From Octopus sinensis (lineage: Eukaryota): a stretch of DNA of 64,000 bases. Below, one piece after another: positions 57,262-64,000 of the stretch. The notes under the pieces were generated by a model that saw only the letters and a list, made by a program, of their open reading frames with translations, was not told the DNA's origin and made no database searches. Both the position numbers and the translations under genes were made by a program. Within the stretch, counting starts at the first letter, position 1. Every line of letters begins with the position of its first letter. The DNA lies in NCBI RefSeq assembly GCF_006345805.1, contig NC_043023.1, forward strand, positions 3,782,001 through 3,846,000, in the 5' to 3' direction.

Positions 57262-57850
57262 CTAAGGCAGTGAGCTGGCAGAACTGTTAGCATGCCAGGC
57301 AAAATGCTTAGCGGTATTTTGGCTGCCGTTACGTTCTGAGTTCAAATTCCGCCGAGGTTGACTTTGCCTTTTATCCTTTCGATGTTGATAAATTAAGTAC
57401 CAGTTACGGCACTGGGGTTGATGTAATCGACTCAATCCGTTTGTATATCCTTGTTTGTCCCCTCTATGTTTAGCCCCTTGTGGGTAGTAAAGAAATAGGT
57501 TTTCATCTGTCTTTGCGTTCAGAGTTCAAATTCCGCCGAGGTCCACTTTACCTTTCATCCTTTCGATGTCGATAAATTAAGTACCAGTTACGGCACTGGG
57601 GTTGATGTAATCGACTCAATCCGTTTGTCTGTCCTTGTTTGTCCCCTCTGTGTTTAGCCCCTTGTGGGTAGTAAAGAAATAGATATTTCGTCTGCCGCTA
57701 CGTTCTGAGTTCAAATTCCACTGAGGTTGATTTTGCCTTTCATCCTTTCGGGGTTGATAAATTAAGCACCAGTTATGTCCTGGGGGTCAATGTAATCGAC
57801 TTAATCCCTTTGTCTGTCCTTGTTTGTCCCCTCTATTGTGGGCAATAAAA
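57262..57850 (+). mobile_element. Trimeric SINE (family B)
   Basis: One full head plus three tandem bodies GTTC.GAGTTCAAATTCC...GTTTAGCCCCTTGTGGG..AAAGAAATAG. Confidence 0.85.
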
Positions 57851-58821
57851 AAAAAAGGAATAAGAAGCTTCAGTGACTTATTGACTCAGCTAGATTTATA
57901 GTTCCATTTACTCTTTTACTTGTTTCAGTCATTTGACTGTGGCCATGCTGGAGCACCGCCTTTAGTCGAGCAAATCAACCCCGGGACTTATTCTTTTGTA
58001 AGCCCAGTACTTATTCTATCGGTCTCTTTTGCTGAACCGTTAAGTGACGAGGATGTAAACACACCAGCATCAGTTGTCAAGCAATGCTAGGGGGACAAAC
58101 ACAGACACACAAACATACACGCACATATATATATATACATATATACGACGGGCTTCTTTCAGTTTCCGTCTACCAAATCCACTCACAAGGCTTTGGTCAG
58201 CCCAAGGCTATAGTAGAAGACACTTGCCCAAGGTGCCATGCAGTGGTGGGACTGAACCCAGAGCCATGTGGTTGGTAAGCAAGCTACTTACCACACAGCC
58301 ACTCTTACACCATTTGGTTAATTCTATTCATAAACATTTAAATTAGGATTATTTTTTAAACCATTAGCTTTACATTTCAACAGCCTAACTGAAATTTATC
58401 CCACAAAACAGGAACTGAGAGAGATGTCATGGAACAGAGAAACTGTGGGTGATAGAGAGAATTTGATATCATTTTTGAATTCTGCCTGCAAAAACATATA
58501 AGATACAGGTATTCTTTTCCTTGGGACAAATTCTTTGTTGACCAGTGTAATATGATACTATACATTAGATAATGTAGTCCTAGATACCATATGCTTGAAT
58601 AAATGATGGGATGGTCACATCTGGAACATCTTTGATCACAGGTCTGCTGGATCAGAACTGACCTAGGGTCAAACAACAATTATAGCCACTAATACTACCT
58701 ATACATTAGAAAATGTCTTAGAAACACAATGAAAAATTAATGAGACTGACACATCTGGAACGTCTTTGATCATAGGTCTGCTGGATCAGGACTGACCTGG
58801 GGCTAAACAACAACGATTTTA

Positions 58822-59412
58822 TTTATTTCTTTATTGCTCAAAAGGGACTAAACATAAAGGGGACAAACAAGGACAGACAAAGGGGTTAAGTCGATTTTTT
58901 CGACCCAGTGCGTAACTGGTACTTATTTAATCGACCCCGAAAGGATGAAAGGCAAAGTCGACCTCGGCGGAATTTGAACTCAGAACGTAGCGGCAGACGA
59001 AATATCTATTTCTTTATTACCCACAAGGGGCTAAACACAGAGAGGACAAACAAGGACAGACAAAGGGATTAAGTCGATTGTATCGACCTCAATGCGTAAC
59101 TGGTACTTATTTAATCGACCCCGAAAGGATGAAAGGTAAAGTCGACCTCGGCGGAATTTGAACTCTGAACGCAAAGACAGATGAAAACCTATTTCTTTAC
59201 TACCCACAAGGGGCTAAACATAGAGGGGACAAACAAGGATATACAAACGGATTGAGTCGATTATATCGACCGCAGTGCGTAACTGGTACTTATTTAATCG
59301 ACCCCGAAAGGATAAAAGGCAAAGTCGACCTCGGCGGAATTTGAACCCAGAACGTAGCGGCAGACGAAATACCGCCAGGCATTTCGCCCCGCGTGCTAAC
59401 GATTCTGCCAGC
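58822..59412 (-). mobile_element. Trimeric SINE (family B), opposite orientation; monomers at about 12105-12325, 26850-27075, 33283-33515, 47480-47640
   Basis: Same three-unit structure and the same junction sequences as 57262-57850. Confidence 0.85.
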
Positions 59413-60007
59413 TCTATAGCCATTAATTCAAGCTATACTATACATAAGAAAACGTAGTCCTAGATACTCTATGAAAAAAAGATGAGATGGTTACATCTAG
59501 AACAACTTTAATCGTAGACCTGCTAGACGACGACTAACCTAGGGTTAAACATCATCATCATCATCATCTACTACTACTAGTAGTAAGTAGATGTTATAGT
59601 AGCAAGCATAAGCAGCCGCCGTTGTCAGGGTGGACTATCTATACTAATCTACCTTTTAAAAGTGGGTTACCGTAATAAAGCAACACCGCTAACACTGGAA
59701 GAGTCCATTATGCATAACCATAATATAAACTCACTCGACGAGTCTATTCGTCCCTTTTGTCAGCAAACATCATGTCGTACAGGTAAGGTTGACGGCTCTG
59801 CTTATCGTGTTTTGAAGTCTCTTTGTAGAGACACTAAATGTACACACCTATATATATATATATATATATAGTAAATAAACAAGTTTTTTAATTGGTAATC
59901 GGCAGGAGTGAATCGAGGGTTGGCGGTTTCGGTTCTTGGTGGTGGACGAGGGATCCAACGCGCCAAGATCTGGGCCCTTTGAGTCCCTCTTAACTTCTGA
60001 TTATCAA

Positions 60008-60058
60008 TGTATATATGTGTATATATATATACATATATATATATATGTATATGTATGT

Positions 60059-60132
<74 letters not shown>

Positions 60133-60447
60133 ATATCATATATATATATCTATATATATATATATATATATATATCATATATATATATATTATATATATA
60201 TATATATCATATATATATTATATATATATATATATAATATATATATATATACATATATATATACACACATATATCTATATCATATATATATATATATATA
60301 CTATATATATATACACACATATATACATACATATATATATATAACACATACATATATACACACATATATATTTATCATATAGGTGTCTATATATATTCTA
60401 TTATTGTTTTCGTTCAGTCCAATGACTGGCCATGCTGGAGCACCGCC

Positions 60448-60495
<48 letters not shown>

Positions 60496-61316
60496 GTGTG
60501 TGTTTATATATGCATATATATATATATATAAATTTAAAATGAGGGTGAGAAGTTAGATATTAATTTAATTAACATCGATTTCACACCAAAAAACTGAAGG
60601 TTCAGATCCATATCGGATCTATTTCTAGCATAAGGGTATCCACATAGTGGTTTCCATCTAATATATATATATATATACATATTCTTTTGTTTCAGCCCAA
60701 TGACTTTGGCCATGCTGGAGCACTGCCATTATACACACACACACATATATATGTATACACACATACATGTGCATGTGTGTGTGTGTTGTTTATATTTTAA
60801 TTAAGCTTTTTAAACGCACAGGTATGTATAGGTATGCAGTACAGGTGTAGTTTCGCGGGGGAAATTACACCTGTGTATATAGCAAGCACATACACCCTTA
60901 TATACATACATTATTTATAAATATTATATACAAAGCTATACACGTGTAGCGATGGGAAACATACCTCTGCACATTTCTACACACATGCATATTATATATA
61001 AATGCATCGACTATACACTCAATTACATATATATATATGTGTGTGTGTGTCTGTGTGTATGTATATATATGTGTGTGTGTGTATATATGTGTGTGTGTGT
61101 GTAGTATGTATATATGTGTGTATGTATGTATATATGTGTGTGTATGTATGTGTGTGTGTGTGTGTATGTATATATATATGTGTGTGTATTTATATATATA
61201 TGTTTGTGTGTGTATGTATGTATATATATATATATGTGTGTGTCTATATATGTGTGTGTGTATGTATGTATGTGTGTGTGTATATATATTTATATATGTG
61301 TGTGTATGTATATACA

Positions 61317-61348
<32 letters not shown>

Positions 61349-61420
61349 ATTTAATCATGTAATATACACTCATATTTGTATATAGTTATGTCATGTACAT
61401 ACATACATACATACATCCAT
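60008..61420. repeat. (TA)n and (TG/TA)n microsatellite tracts
   Basis: Seen directly. Confidence 0.95.
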
Positions 61421-62063
61421 ATATACACGCGTTAATCAGCAAGAAATAGCAGCCAAATTTCCTTCTCTTTTAACTCTGGGAGGGCGTACATTTCAGAATT
61501 TATAACGAAGTCTCTGTTATGCAAAAATAACGGTCGGTTGGATGGTCACGGTCGTAATTCCTTTGATCGCGGCTTAACCCGGGACTTAGCTGCGTGCACT
61601 TTTAAGTTTTACGTAAAAAAAAAACAAAAAAACGGGCCTTCGTCGCTTTCTACGATGAGTGTTCCGCCAATCGTTCACCTGGTTGTTTATACTCGTTGAA
61701 TAAGCGTTGTTATGTGGCCGAATATACCTCAGATTCGCGTGTTTTTCAATGTGATCTTTAGCGGAGTCGGTTCGGTGTAATATGATGTAGGGGGGGAAAA
61801 GCTGGATCTTTTCGTAATTAAAAGGGTACAACTACTAGCGTAGCAGAGGTGGGGGTGGTCCACCCCGGGTAGCACTTTTAAAGGGGCGGCACTTTTGGGT
61901 CTACTTTAGGCAATATGTGTTTTTTGTAAGGTCCCGGGGGCGGCAAACGGAAGGGCTGCCCCGGGAGGGGCACACTCGCGCCAATGTGTACAGGTTATGC
62001 AAGGGCTTCCACACATTCTTTCCGTCTACCTTGTGGCTATAAAAAATACACGCTTCGTCTAAT

Positions 62064-62129
62064 ACGACTTGAGATTGAACCCACGGCAACATTAAGAAGC
62101 GAACATCTTCACCACCACGCCGTGTCGGC
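62064..62129 (-). pseudogene. Degenerate tRNA-like sequence (SINE head or tRNA pseudogene)
   Basis: Minus strand GCCGACACGGCGTGGTGGTGAAG...GTGGGTTCAATCTCAAGTCG has A-box-like and B-box-like motifs but poor stems. Confidence 0.4.
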
Positions 62130-62419
62130 ATATATACACGCACGCGCACGAGCACACATAGGCGGGATTCTGGTTTAAGAACCCCATACGACCCCTCATA
62201 ACTTTTATCTTTTAGAATTTTCTGAAAATTTTCGCGAAATTGTACGATAATGCAAAAAAAAAAAGCCAAAAACAATATTTTTTGGTGCGTGATTTAATGT
62301 TTATTTAGCTGTTATTTTTAGCATATCTAATGACCACCTCATACCATCCTCGTTTCTTTGTCAGTTTGATGTATTTAATGCTTTTCAAAATCCTTCTCTT
62401 GATAAACACACTTAAGGTA

Positions 62420-62671
62420 CTACTAGCGAACAGTGGTCCCAGTGCGCGCACTCGCGGATCCGCGCTAGCTAGTCGTAAGCAGTCGATCCTAAAACGACTT
62501 TTTAACCCTAACCCTAGTTTATTCTTTTGTAAGCCCAGTACTTATTCTATCGGTCTTTTTTTGCCGAACTGCTAAGTAACGGGGACATAAACACACCAGC
62601 ATCGGTTGTCAAGCAATGCTAGGGGGACAAACACAGATACACAAACCCATACACAAACATACATACATGTA

Positions 62672-62718
<47 letters not shown>

Positions 62719-63064
62719 ATATACGACGGGCTTCTTTCAGTTTCCGTCTACCAAATCCACTCACAAGGCTTTGGTCGGCCCAAGGCTATAGTAGAAGACA
62801 CTTGCCCAAGGTGCCACGCAGTCGGACTGAACCCAGAACCATGTGGTTGGTAAACAAGCTACTCACCACAAAAATAATTTATTTACTTAGTTTAAAAAAT
62901 TATTTACTTTGCCTTTTATTTACTTTGTTCGAAAAATATTATTTAATTTTCTTTGATATGTATTCAACCTTGAAATACAAACATACGCGCAAGTCATTGT
63001 AGGATCGACTACTTACGACTAACTAGCGTCAGTGCTCACACCAGACCACTATTCGCTAGTAGTA
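62420..63064. mobile_element. TIR element (~70-bp TIRs) with a nested family-A SINE
   Basis: TACTACTAGCGAACAGTGGTC...GTCGTAAGCAGTCGATCC is mirrored by GGATCGACTACTTACGAC...GACCACTATTCGCTAGTAGTA. A related end lies at about 22838-22900. Confidence 0.7.
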
Positions 63065-63154
63065 TTTTTCACCCTTATTATTTTAAATTTATATTGGAAT
63101 GGTATAGGTATGGTGAAGCAAGCAGGGAAAATAGAACTCAAAATATGAATATGT

Positions 63155-63715
63155 GTATATTTCTATTAATATATTAGCAAAAGCAACAGTGATTCACGGG
63201 CCGAGAGTTTTGTGGGAGACCCACAACCAGCAGAATGGAGAAAAACATCATAGACGTGCATGCAGCCTTGAGGGGTAATCGTCGAATCCCCACACTTAAT
63301 GGTCTGTTGGTAGGATTTAACCCTAAAATTAGGGCTTACACTTATTCTATCAGTTCATCCCTGAATTGCTAAGTTATGGTGACAAAAGCACGAACATTGG
63401 TTGACAAGCAATGGAGTGGGATACTCACACCCACATACGCCAACGCACGCATACATTTACATATCTGTCTGTTTGTATTAAGCAGAGGCAACAGAGTGTC
63501 TCACGGACTGAAAATTTTGATTGATAATCATCTAAACTGAACTGTAACTAATCTGCAATGCTCTGATAACCCACGGATAGTGATTCGATGACTTCCCCTC
63601 ACGGCTGCATGCATATCTGTGATGTTTTTCTCCATTCTGCTGGTTACGGGTCACCCACAAAACTCTCGGCCCGTGAATCACCATTGCTTTTGCTAATATA
63701 TTAATAGAAATATAC
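63155..63715. mobile_element. Long-TIR (~135 bp) MITE/foldback element
   Basis: 63155-63290 is the reverse complement of about 63580-63715. Confidence 0.75.
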
Positions 63716-64000
63716 GCAGGAGTGGCTGTGTGGTAAGTAGCTTGTTTACCAACCACATGGTTCTGGGTTCAGTCCCACTGCGTGGCACCTTGGACAAATG
63801 TCTTCTACTATAGCCTCAGGCCGACCAAAGCCTTGTCAGTGGATTTGGTAGACGGAAACTGAAAGAAGCCCGTCGTATATATGTATATGTATGCGTGCAT
63901 GCGTTTGTGTGTCTGTGTTTGTCCCCCTAGCATTGCTTGACAACCGGTGCTGGTGTGTTTATATCCCCGTTACTTAGCGGTTCGGCAAAAAGAGACCGAT

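Overview
Eukaryotic genomic DNA, most likely Octopus. This is inferred from the recurrent tRNA-derived SINE and RTE-tail repeats and the dense microsatellites; the species cannot be determined from sequence alone. The one protein-coding gene I can support is COPS4/CSN4 (COP9 signalosome subunit 4) on the + strand. It has 11 coding exons from ATG 21813 to TGA 46681, a 1206-nt CDS (401 aa), and all introns are GT-AG with consistent phases. There is one intact intron-containing tRNA-Leu(CAA) gene (minus strand, 11389-11507). The rest is transposon debris: a full-length but frameshifted mariner, a deleted piggyBac, HERO, CR1, RTE and Tx1 LINE fragments, non-autonomous Helitrons, several MITE families, four or more SINE families, a candidate solo LTR, simple repeats and a 100-N gap. 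Most interesting signals: (1) a chimera of tRNA-Ile and a CR1 3' tail that seems to record mature-tRNA features (anticodon GAT as a read-out of inosine-34, post-transcriptional CC, truncation at position 27), resembling a snapshot of SINE birth; (2) Penelope-type minimal hammerhead ribozymes, one with a fully canonical core and two with a shared non-canonical core; (3) a GGATC-ended MITE family with 8-bp TSDs that also inserted as a palindromic dimer; (4) a trimeric SINE present twice with identical junctions; (5) an orphan promoter-like motif cluster containing an RFX X-box; (6) two non-conservative anomalies in COPS4 exon 6. Nearly all other ORFs in the supplied track are microsatellite or repeat read-through.
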